Positions 28,306-36,260 of a stretch of DNA of 64,000 nucleotides are shown in pieces (positions within the stretch are counted from its first letter, which is position 1; every line of letters begins with the position of its first letter). Source of the stretch: Gemmatimonadota bacterium. GTDB taxonomy: Bacteria; Latescibacterota; UBA2968; GCA-2709665. The position numbers were made by a program, and so were the translations under genes. The notes under the pieces were generated by a model. That model ran no database searches and was not told the DNA's origin. It worked only from the letters and a program-made list of their open reading frames with translations. Location of the stretch: assembly GCA_028873695.1 (NCBI GenBank), contig JAPPNU010000002.1, positions 13,728-77,727 on the forward strand. Direction: 5' to 3'.

Positions 28306-31287
28306 ATGTGGCAGCTAAGCGTCTCAGGTCTGGGGTCGATGGCAGGGTTGGTTGCAATACCGGGCGTACAGTCTGCGATGATCGACCTGTGGTTCTCGAG
28401 AATCCATATGCTGGTGTTCCTGCTGGTCCTTCCCGCATTTCTTCTGGCTGCGTCCAGGCGCGCGTACGCCGGTCCCCGCACGCTGTACAAAACCGCGGAT
28501 ATCGAAAACGCTCGCCGGAACGTCGCCCGCTTCGATTGGGCGAAGGATATTGTGGGTGGATGGGAAAGAAACGTCGCGCTGGCGATGCAGCAGGACCGCG
28601 CTTTTTTCGATGCGTTGATTCCGGAGTTGACGCCGGGGACCCATTACGGTCAGAACTGTCCCCACTGCGTGGGTACGCTGTCGCTGATGGGTGGGGGACG
28701 GTTCAACTGGAATATCAAGCGGCCTGATGAGATCTCCTGCAGCGCCTGCGGGACGGTTTACCCGAACGCGCGTTATCCGGAAACCGGCGTTCTCGAATGC
28801 CCTCGCATGGGGCAGCGGTTTACGTACTACCAGACGCCAGAGGAAGTGGCCGATCCCGAAAACAGGGCGAAACATGCGCTCAAGTGGCTCGGCGAACGTC
28901 CCACGATGACGAGTTTCACGGGTCAGATTCGGGACCGGAAGGTGGGTTGGGCAACGGGTCAGGCGCTGACCATGGCAAAGTTGTACGCCGTTACCGGCGA
29001 GATCGGTTACGCCGAGCGGGTGGTCTGGATCCTGGACCGGATGGCTCGTGCTTTCCCGAAGTATCTCTACCACTCGTACGATGGCAGCATCGCGGATCTT
29101 CCACCCGCGGAAGTGGCAGCCAATATGGGCGCGGAGGAGTCGGCCGGGGGACCTTCAGGCGGGCGTTTTCCCCCCGGCGCGATCCGCCACGCTTACGACC
29201 TGCACCAGTTCGATACGTATTCCACGATGAACAACGGGTTCTGGGGCGCGGGACGGATGAACGTCCACGGCAAGGGAAGCGATGCCGGCCCGCTCTTCTC
29301 GATGCTCGTCGCGTATGACCTGGTCCGCGAAGCGTCGTACCCGGACGGTCGCCGCGTTCTGGATAACGTCACGGAGCGCCGCATTGTGGATGATCTGATA
29401 CTGGCCGGTTGCACGGATATGGAACACTGGAACTCTCTCTCCAACAAGGGCACCGCCGTCTTTGTATTAAGCGCCGGCGCAGGGATGCTCTTCGGGCAGG
29501 CGGACCGCGTCCGGCACGCGCTGGACGGCTTCCGCCGGATGCTGGATGAGCGCTATCACCACGATGGATTCTACGCCGAGTGTCCGTCCTATTCGGCCCA
29601 CAACCTTTCGAACGTGCACGAACTGGCCGACCTGCTGCATGGGTACAGCGACCCGCCCGGATATGCGCCGGATGAAGGAGAGCGGATCGAGTCTCTGGAT
29701 ATGTTCTCGAGTGGGCGTTTCCATGATTCCCTCGTGTCGCTGGTCAGAATGCTGGCGCCCGGAAACCGGATGCCTGTAATTGGAGATACGAGATACGGTA
29801 CCACTGCGGATGTGCTTTCCCTGGAGGTTCTTGCCGCTCGCGTCGGCGGGCCCTACGCGGGACTGCTGGAGGCTGTTCAGGGCGCGGCATTATCGGAAAG
29901 AGGCAGAGAATACGGGTTGTGGTATCTTCCCCCCGATCTCAGCGTGGATGCCACGGAACTGCCGCTTCGCTCCGAGTGGTTTCCGGGCTGGCACGTGGGA
30001 GTATTGCGCGGCGATCGGGGTGCGAACGATACCGCTCTCTATCTGAACGGCAACGAGCATGAGTGGACGGTGGATACCGGCCATCGGCATCAGGATGTGT
30101 TGAGTCTGAGCCTGTATGCGTTCGGAGAGGAAATGGTATCGGACCGCGGGTATTTTTCCGGCAGCGACCAGCGACTCCCCGACGGCAGGAGCGGGCAGCG
30201 TTGGATGCGGAGCACCCTGTCTCACAATCTCGTGGTTGTCGATGAAGGGGAGCAGGGGCGGAACGAGTGCGGGTCCAATCTGGAGCTTTTCGGTCTGGCG
30301 CCGGGCATCGAGGTCGTGCAGGCTTCGGGGGTAAACGTCTATCCGCAGTGCGACGTCTATCAGCGTCTCTGCGTTATGGTGGATGCTCCTGAGGGTCAGA
30401 CTTATGCCGTTGACATCTTCCGGGTCAGCGGAGGAAAAATCCATCAGTACGGCTTTCAGTGCAACGGAACGCTGGCGGGCGGCGTGCCCGACTTTTCCAC
30501 GTCCGATTCGGTAAGCCTCTCGGATGTCTGGGCCGAGTGGCTTGAGAATCCACGGGCGATTTCACCGGAGAATACAACCGCTATTACATGGCAACATCGG
30601 GGGATAAACCTTGACTTGATGGTGCTCAATACACCGCAACGATTGGTGATCGCCGATGCTCCGGGCTGGCGGGTATTTACGACCGAAGAGTTGAGACAGC
30701 CGGCTATTAACCACGTATTGGCGGAAAATCGCGCTGCTGACGGCGAGAAGTCGATTTCAAGCCAATATGCCGCGTTAATCGTTCCATACGTTTCGGGTAA
30801 TTCGCCGGTGGCAAGTGCGCGATTGATCGAAGACGATCCGGAGTCCGGCGTAGTGGCCATTGAGGTCAAGTTGGACGGCCGAACCGATTACATCATATCC
30901 ACGTTGGACCGGGAGCAGCGCCGCTATGGCCCTGTCAGTCTGGCGGGTCGATTCGGATTTGCATCGGTGGACGAGCAGGGACGCGCCGTCCGGGCGTATC
31001 TGCTGAATGGAACAAAGTTGACCTGCGGCGATCTGTCCATTTCGCTGCCGGCGCCAAGTACGACACTGAACGTCCGATCCGTGAGCGGCCGGACGTTCCT
31101 TCTTTCGGAACCGGTGCCCGATCCCGAGCGCGTTGCCGGCTTCTATCTGCTTGCCGGTGAATCGCCTCAAACGGGTTTCGAGATCGAATCGGCCACTGAA
31201 GACGCGATAACCGTGCGGGATTATTCGGCGATTCCATCCGAAACGCTAACCATATTGAACTCCGGCTGGGCAGGAACGGTGCGTTAA
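28306..31287 (+). CDS. Secreted heparinase II/III-family protein
   Basis: CPHC..CSAC, DGFYAE..SY, GHRHQD, DRGY, SHNLVVVDE, DIFRVSGG; the signal peptide fits a start at ATG 28408, so the start is uncertain. Confidence 0.82.
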   Translation: MWQLSVSGLGSMAGLVAIPGVQSAMIDLWFSRIHMLVFLLVLPAFLLAASRRAYAGPRTLYKTADIENARRNVARFDWAKDIVGGWERNVALAMQQDRAFFDALIPELTPGTHYGQNCPHCVGTLSLMGGGRFNWNIKRPDEISCSACGTVYPNARYPETGVLECPRMGQRFTYYQTPEEVADPENRAKHALKWLGERPTMTSFTGQIRDRKVGWATGQALTMAKLYAVTGEIGYAERVVWILDRMARAFPKYLYHSYDGSIADLPPAEVAANMGAEESAGGPSGGRFPPGAIRHAYDLHQFDTYSTMNNGFWGAGRMNVHGKGSDAGPLFSMLVAYDLVREASYPDGRRVLDNVTERRIVDDLILAGCTDMEHWNSLSNKGTAVFVLSAGAGMLFGQADRVRHALDGFRRMLDERYHHDGFYAECPSYSAHNLSNVHELADLLHGYSDPPGYAPDEGERIESLDMFSSGRFHDSLVSLVRMLAPGNRMPVIGDTRYGTTADVLSLEVLAARVGGPYAGLLEAVQGAALSERGREYGLWYLPPDLSVDATELPLRSEWFPGWHVGVLRGDRGANDTALYLNGNEHEWTVDTGHRHQDVLSLSLYAFGEEMVSDRGYFSGSDQRLPDGRSGQRWMRSTLSHNLVVVDEGEQGRNECGSNLELFGLAPGIEVVQASGVNVYPQCDVYQRLCVMVDAPEGQTYAVDIFRVSGGKIHQYGFQCNGTLAGGVPDFSTSDSVSLSDVWAEWLENPRAISPENTTAITWQHRGINLDLMVLNTPQRLVIADAPGWRVFTTEELRQPAINHVLAENRAADGEKSISSQYAALIVPYVSGNSPVASARLIEDDPESGVVAIEVKLDGRTDYIISTLDREQRRYGPVSLAGRFGFASVDEQGRAVRAYLLNGTKLTCGDLSISLPAPSTTLNVRSVSGRTFLLSEPVPDPERVAGFYLLAGESPQTGFEIESATEDAITVRDYSAIPSETLTILNSGWAGTVR

Positions 31288-31355
31288 GACATCGAGACAT
31301 CGGCTGCTTCATTCAGGATATCGAGAGCAATGAGATGAGAACAGGGAGGGACTTT

Positions 31356-32393
31356 ATGCGGATCTTCGATCGATATTCGGATCTATTGAATTGTGTCGAG
31401 AAACAGGGCTTTCGCCCGGAAATACTGGGATGTGCCCCGGACGGCGCGCCGGTCGTGTGTCTGAGAACCGGGGGAGAAAAACTGCCGGCGGTATTTATCA
31501 GCGCGGGCAGCCACTCGACGGAACAGGCGGGCGTAGGATCTGCCCTCGGGCTCCTGAAAGAACTCGACACCGAGCATCAGGTCTACGTGATCCCCAGTCG
31601 GGATCCGATGGGGATGAATGGGTACGGGTACGCGTTGAGTCTGAGTTTGGGCGAAGAGCCGGATTTGGGTTCGGTCGAGGATGTGCGGAAGCTTCTCAGG
31701 GACCGGGGCGAGGTACTTTACGAGCAGGACGATACGCTTCTCGCGATTATTGGCGAGTACGGGTATTCCACGACGGGTCTACTCGGGCGTTTCGAGGTGG
31801 GGGCCGGATTTCTGGAACCCCTGTTTGGACGGCGGATCTTCTATCCGTCGAGCGAAAAGGGCATCGAAGGCACGGCCCCCTGCCAGAGAGCCTATACGCT
31901 GATCGTCAGCCCGGAAGGGGAGGTATTGCACATCAACCGGTTTCACGATACGCCCTGGGCGCCGGTTGAATCGCGTTGCGCGCGGGATCTGATGGCGCGG
32001 ATTGACCCGGGCCTTACGCTGGACCTGCACGAGTATGGCGGCGACGGCTTCTGGTTTTCGGCGCGGCATCAGCGAAATGACGACGACGAGGCGTGGGAAA
32101 AACGAATGGCCGATTCGATGATTCGGGCCGTTGCCGATTCGGGTGCGCAGCTTGCGCCGCAGGGGTACGCGCCAGGTCCGTTTTTCGAGACGCCTGAGCG
32201 CGGCGTACTCTGGCTGATCGCCGCGGAACGCGGCGAAGGGCTGAATCTGGCCGACTACGGAGCGGACAGATACGGGCCCGCGTTCACCATAGAGACCGGG
32301 ATGACGATGAAGGGCGGCTACCGCGAGCGCGTGGAGACGTCCATGCTGGCTGCGCGTACCGCGATTTCCGTATTCGAGGAACGCTGGCGTTGA
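31356..32393 (+). CDS. M14/succinylglutamate desuccinylase-like Zn hydrolase
   Basis: AGSHSTE (HxxE), INRF, LDLHE, TIET. Confidence 0.75.
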   Translation: MRIFDRYSDLLNCVEKQGFRPEILGCAPDGAPVVCLRTGGEKLPAVFISAGSHSTEQAGVGSALGLLKELDTEHQVYVIPSRDPMGMNGYGYALSLSLGEEPDLGSVEDVRKLLRDRGEVLYEQDDTLLAIIGEYGYSTTGLLGRFEVGAGFLEPLFGRRIFYPSSEKGIEGTAPCQRAYTLIVSPEGEVLHINRFHDTPWAPVESRCARDLMARIDPGLTLDLHEYGGDGFWFSARHQRNDDDEAWEKRMADSMIRAVADSGAQLAPQGYAPGPFFETPERGVLWLIAAERGEGLNLADYGADRYGPAFTIETGMTMKGGYRERVETSMLAARTAISVFEERWR

Positions 32394-32395
32394 GA

Positions 32396-32583
32396 AGAAG
32401 CTGTTTTAAATTTACCGGTGATTTCCCGAGCGCGAGCGAAAAAGTGGCGGTCAAGGCGGGAAAATCCGGCTATGAGAGGCGAGCAAGCGCAGCCTCGATC
32501 TCGTAAGACGGGTGGATCTGACCAACGCCGACCGGCGCGTTTGCAGCCGCGCGAAGACCGCTGGGGATTTTAAGACTGCTTCT
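32396..32583. mobile_element. MITE-like element (188 bp); related partial copy at 49336-49464
   Basis: AGAAGCTGTTTTAAAT / TTTTAAGACTGCTTCT terminal IRs (13 of 16); shares TTCCCGAGCGCGAGCGAAAAAG and ACGGGTGG.TCTGACCAA with the 49.3 kb copy. Confidence 0.7.
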
Positions 32584-32596
32584 AAGGGAGATACCG

Positions 32597-33769
32597 GTGC
32601 CGGAGCCCCATGACGCGTGCGAATCCCTGCTTCAGGCGATGGTGGGATTCGACACTGTGAATTCCGCGATTTCGGGGAAACCCGACGCGGAGCGGGCGCT
32701 GTCGGTTTATCTGGAAGCGCAGGCTGAAGCGATGGGGCTGGATACGCGCCGGCTGCCGGTGACGGGGGAAGGATTCAATCTACTGGTCACTCGCCAGGTG
32801 GACGGCCAGGCGCCATGGCTGTTGTTTGAGAGCCACCTCGATACCGTAAGCGTGGACGGGATGACGATAGATCCGTTCGGGGGGCGGGTTGCGGACGGGA
32901 GAATGTACGGCCGGGGGACGTGCGATACGAAGGGAACCGGCGCGGCGATGCTCTGGGCGCTTTCGCGATACAGCCGGGGAAGCGGACCGAATAACGTGGC
33001 GATCCTGTTCACCCTGGACGAAGAGATCGGGAAGACGGGTGTACGTACGTTCGTGGCGTCACAGTTGCCGGACCTGGACTGGCGGCCGGCGGGTGTGATC
33101 GTGGGTGAGCCCACGCGCCTTCAAGCCGTAGTTGCGCACAACGGCGTGGTACGCTGGCGGATTCGGACGGAGGGCGTGGCGGCTCACTCTTCGGACCCCT
33201 CCCGCGGGCAGTCCGCCATTCGCGCGATGATGGAGGTGATCGAGGCGCTGGAGGAGCGCTATATTGCCCGGCTGGCGTCAGAACATCCGTTGACAGGCCG
33301 GGCACAGTGCAGCATCAATCTCATACGTGGCGGCGCCCAGATCAACATGATACCGGAACACTGCGAGATCCACGTGGACCGGCGCGTTGTGCCGGGCGAG
33401 GACCCGGACACGGTCATTCCTGCGGTCGAAGGTGTGCTGGAGGAACTTCGGACGAGAAGTCCGCATCTGACGGTCGTTCAGAAAGCGCCCGATATGGTGG
33501 ACAGCCCGCTGGATCCGGCCGGAGGGAAAGCCTTCGGCGTGTTTGTGGCTTCGGTCTTGAAGTCGATGGGACTGCCGGACGAACTGACCGGCGTCGGCTA
33601 TGGTACGGATGCCAGCAGTTTCAGCCGTGCGGGAATCCCCGCGGTCGTCCTCGGACCGGGCGACATTGCGCAGGGACACACGGCAAACGAGTGGATCGAG
33701 TTGGAACAGCTGCGAGCGGGCGTAGACGTTTATTTCAATCTGATGATGAGCAGAGAGCTAACGCATTGA
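32597..33769 (+). CDS. M20 family (ArgE/DapE-like) deacylase
   Basis: SHLDTV, GRGTCDTKG, DEEIG, VGEPT, AAHSS, GPGDIAQGH. Confidence 0.92.
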   Translation: MPEPHDACESLLQAMVGFDTVNSAISGKPDAERALSVYLEAQAEAMGLDTRRLPVTGEGFNLLVTRQVDGQAPWLLFESHLDTVSVDGMTIDPFGGRVADGRMYGRGTCDTKGTGAAMLWALSRYSRGSGPNNVAILFTLDEEIGKTGVRTFVASQLPDLDWRPAGVIVGEPTRLQAVVAHNGVVRWRIRTEGVAAHSSDPSRGQSAIRAMMEVIEALEERYIARLASEHPLTGRAQCSINLIRGGAQINMIPEHCEIHVDRRVVPGEDPDTVIPAVEGVLEELRTRSPHLTVVQKAPDMVDSPLDPAGGKAFGVFVASVLKSMGLPDELTGVGYGTDASSFSRAGIPAVVLGPGDIAQGHTANEWIELEQLRAGVDVYFNLMMSRELTH

Positions 33770-33783
33770 TTTCACCGGAAGCA

Positions 33784-34746
33784 TCATGACATGCACAACC
33801 GCCGTTCAATCATGTCCACGAACGCGGGCTTGATTTCAATCCCAACCCACCTTCGCCCGAGTTCACGCGCCGCCAGAAGCGTTGTTCCCGAACCCGCATA
33901 CGGATCGAGTACGATACTGTCATCGCGGCTTGTAATGGCAACACAGCATCGAGCAAGCGACAGAGGCATCATCGCGGGATGGTCATCTGCTTTCCCATTG
34001 ACGCGTTTCACCGGTTCAGTGGGCATCTCCCAAACCGTACGCAGGCGACGGTCACGCGGCCCTTTGACGATTTCGTGGTTGTAGTAGTATTGCTTGTCTT
34101 TTGACAGGAGAAAAACGGTCTCGTGAGCTCTCGTTGGACGGTCTCGAACTGACTCCGGATGGGCATTCGGCTTGTGCCAGATGACTTCACTGCGAATCCA
34201 CCAACCCGCGTCTTGTAAAGCGAAGGCCAATCGCCACGGTACACCTATCAAGTCCTTTGGCTTGAGTCCCTCCGGCGTCGGTGGTCGCACATCCATGGCG
34301 CGTGCACGGTTCTTCCGATCCGGCGCCCGATATCTCCGGTTGCCGGATGTGTAGGAATCACCTACGTTCAGCCAAACAGTGCCATCGTCGCGCAAGGCGC
34401 GCTTTATCTGCTCAAAGGCGCAAACAATACTCTCGACATAACCTCGTAGGCTGTCGTCGCGCCCAATCTGTTCCTCAACCCCGTAATCGCGCAGTGACCA
34501 GTAGGGCGGTGACGTGACAACCGTTTGAATGGACTTTTCAGGGAGAAGCTTCAGAGCTTGCGTGGCATCTCCACAGATCACCAATGGGCGAGTTATCGCC
34601 TGGAATGGCGCTCTGTTCAGCGTGTCAACTCGAACATGGGGTTCCTGGGATTCGTTCCCTGCATGTGCACGCGGATGTACGGAACGCGCAAAAAGCGCAA
34701 GTTGGTGACTATCCGGTGATCTCACCGGTAGATTCTCGTCGCTCAC
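33784..34746 (-). CDS. DNA methyltransferase, beta-class N4-cytosine/N6-adenine
   Basis: TSPPY (motif IV) before LDPYAGSGTT (motif I). Confidence 0.92.
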   Translation of the reverse strand: MSDENLPVRSPDSHQLALFARSVHPRAHAGNESQEPHVRVDTLNRAPFQAITRPLVICGDATQALKLLPEKSIQTVVTSPPYWSLRDYGVEEQIGRDDSLRGYVESIVCAFEQIKRALRDDGTVWLNVGDSYTSGNRRYRAPDRKNRARAMDVRPPTPEGLKPKDLIGVPWRLAFALQDAGWWIRSEVIWHKPNAHPESVRDRPTRAHETVFLLSKDKQYYYNHEIVKGPRDRRLRTVWEMPTEPVKRVNGKADDHPAMMPLSLARCCVAITSRDDSIVLDPYAGSGTTLLAARELGRRWVGIEIKPAFVDMIERRLCMS

Positions 34747-34904
34747 GTACCGCCCAAATTTGGATGGTTTGAAGGTTTCGCGAACAATTTTGGATACTTT
34801 TTTTGCGTTATTAATCGGGCGTTACTTACCTTGATTCGAAATTACACTGGGACCTGAATGTCGAATATATACAGAAGAACAAGGTCGAATTGATGTCAAA
34901 GTTC

Positions 34905-34931
34905 CCTGTCTGTCTACGTTCGACAGGCAGG
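34905..34931. repeat. REP-like hairpin (CCTGCCTG...CAGGCAGG type)
   Basis: CCTGTCTGTC-TACGTTC-GACAGGCAGG. Confidence 0.45.
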
Positions 34932-35223
34932 CCGGATACGTGAGGTCACTGGACGCGAGCGGTAGTTCATCCACTTGTACGACCACGAAGTCTCTCCCGC
35001 TTCTGCGCTGATACCTTCTGTGCCTTTTGTGGCAATTGTTGCCGTTGCCCTTTTTTAGTTTGAGGCTGATGTGCTTAGCAACGCCGGAGGGTGTTCCGCC
35101 CAATACTGTGAGTTGACCCTATCGTCGGGCAAACGATCCTGACGGGTCTTAATGAGAACGAGAATTGGTGTGGATCCTGGAGCGTCGACAAGAAGTCTGG
35201 ATTGGAAGTCTGTGGGTTGGAGA

Positions 35224-35445
35224 TCACGATTCGACGATCAACGATCGTAGCGCTCTGTTCACGGACTCGGAATCCGGGAAATGCTGTTTCACGTCGGGGT
35301 CTAACATGACATATCCGTCTTCCTGAGTAAAGCGGTGGGTTACGATTGATCCGTCCTGCGCAGTTATCTCAACCGTGTGTCCCGCACGGTAAGCTCTGAA
35401 ATGCCTGCCCCGAACCCCGTCGGAGAAATCATATTCCGATCGCAT
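35224..35445 (-). CDS. BrnA-like antitoxin
   Basis: MRSEYDFS.G.RG, LDPDV...FPDSESVNRALR; lies directly downstream of brnT. Confidence 0.8.
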   Translation of the reverse strand: MRSEYDFSDGVRGRHFRAYRAGHTVEITAQDGSIVTHRFTQEDGYVMLDPDVKQHFPDSESVNRALRSLIVES

Positions 35446-35449
35446 CTTG

Positions 35450-35734
35450 CTATCTCTCCTCCCCGTCGTATTTGCGTCGCTCCCGCCTGGTGGCTACCCT
35501 GCCACTAATGATCCGGATCTTTTCCCCTCTATCTGCATAGCTGACAACCAGACATCTTCCGTTTGAGGAAAGTCCCAGGTCGATATACCGGTCTTCGGCT
35601 ATTGAATGATCCGGATCATAGATCGTAATGGCAAGGGGATCGTTAAAAACCGTCTTTGCTTCCTGGAAACTGACACCATGCTTTCTCAGATTATCCCTGG
35701 ATTTCCTCTCATCCCACTCGAATAGAAGTGACAA
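35450..35734 (-). CDS. brnT: BrnT (DUF497) ribonuclease toxin
   Basis: FEWDERK...NLRKHGVSFQEA..VF.DP, HS..EDR, IRIIS.R.AT..E. Confidence 0.92.
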   Translation of the reverse strand: MSLLFEWDERKSRDNLRKHGVSFQEAKTVFNDPLAITIYDPDHSIAEDRYIDLGLSSNGRCLVVSYADRGEKIRIISGRVATRRERRKYDGEER

Positions 35735-36043
35735 ATCTCGACCGACTCCATTCTTCTTTTGCCGTTAGATCCTTATCATTACCAAAAAATAGGCAAATTT
35801 CAATCGTACAACAAGGGAAGAAATCCGAACCAACCCCTGGAAATCGGCGTCAACGTCATAAATAAAACTAGCCGCCACACCTGTCCGAACCCGTCGTTCC
35901 TGGATAATCTCATTGCGGACCTGGAATCTTCTCGTTACGGGTGGACGCGGAACCTGGTAAAGCCCGAAGTCGCTACAACGGCCGCGAGCGCCCTGCGACC
36001 GAAGGCAATCTTCCCGCTATCACGACATGATCCACCAATATCC

Positions 36044-36192
36044 GGAGCGAGGGCATCCTGCCCTCGAACTTCGTGCGACCCATCAATTCCCGAATCAAGG
36101 GCTTATTGTTTCCCTTGCATCCGAGATCAATTTGGAAATGACGGCGCGAGAGCCTCGCGAATCAGCCGCCGACGGCAGGATGCCCTCGCTCC
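36044..36192. repeat. Inverted REP doublet (REPIN-like)
   Basis: GGAGCGAGGGCATCCTGCC (36044-36062) and its perfect reverse complement (36174-36192). Confidence 0.7.
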
Positions 36193-36260
36193 CGGTAACG
36201 CCGACCACACTGATCCCAGATCGGTTGCTGTAATGGAAAGCCGTCACATGCCATTATACG

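Noticed and set aside
34822-35103. 93-aa ORF as the restriction endonuclease partner of the MTase
   Set aside because: Too short, no nuclease motif, and it runs through repeat elements
35115-35148. Hairpin with GGGCAAAC as a c-di-GMP-I riboswitch
   Set aside because: It lacks the GNRA-capped P2 and the GCAAAG/P3 elements, and there is no suitably oriented downstream gene
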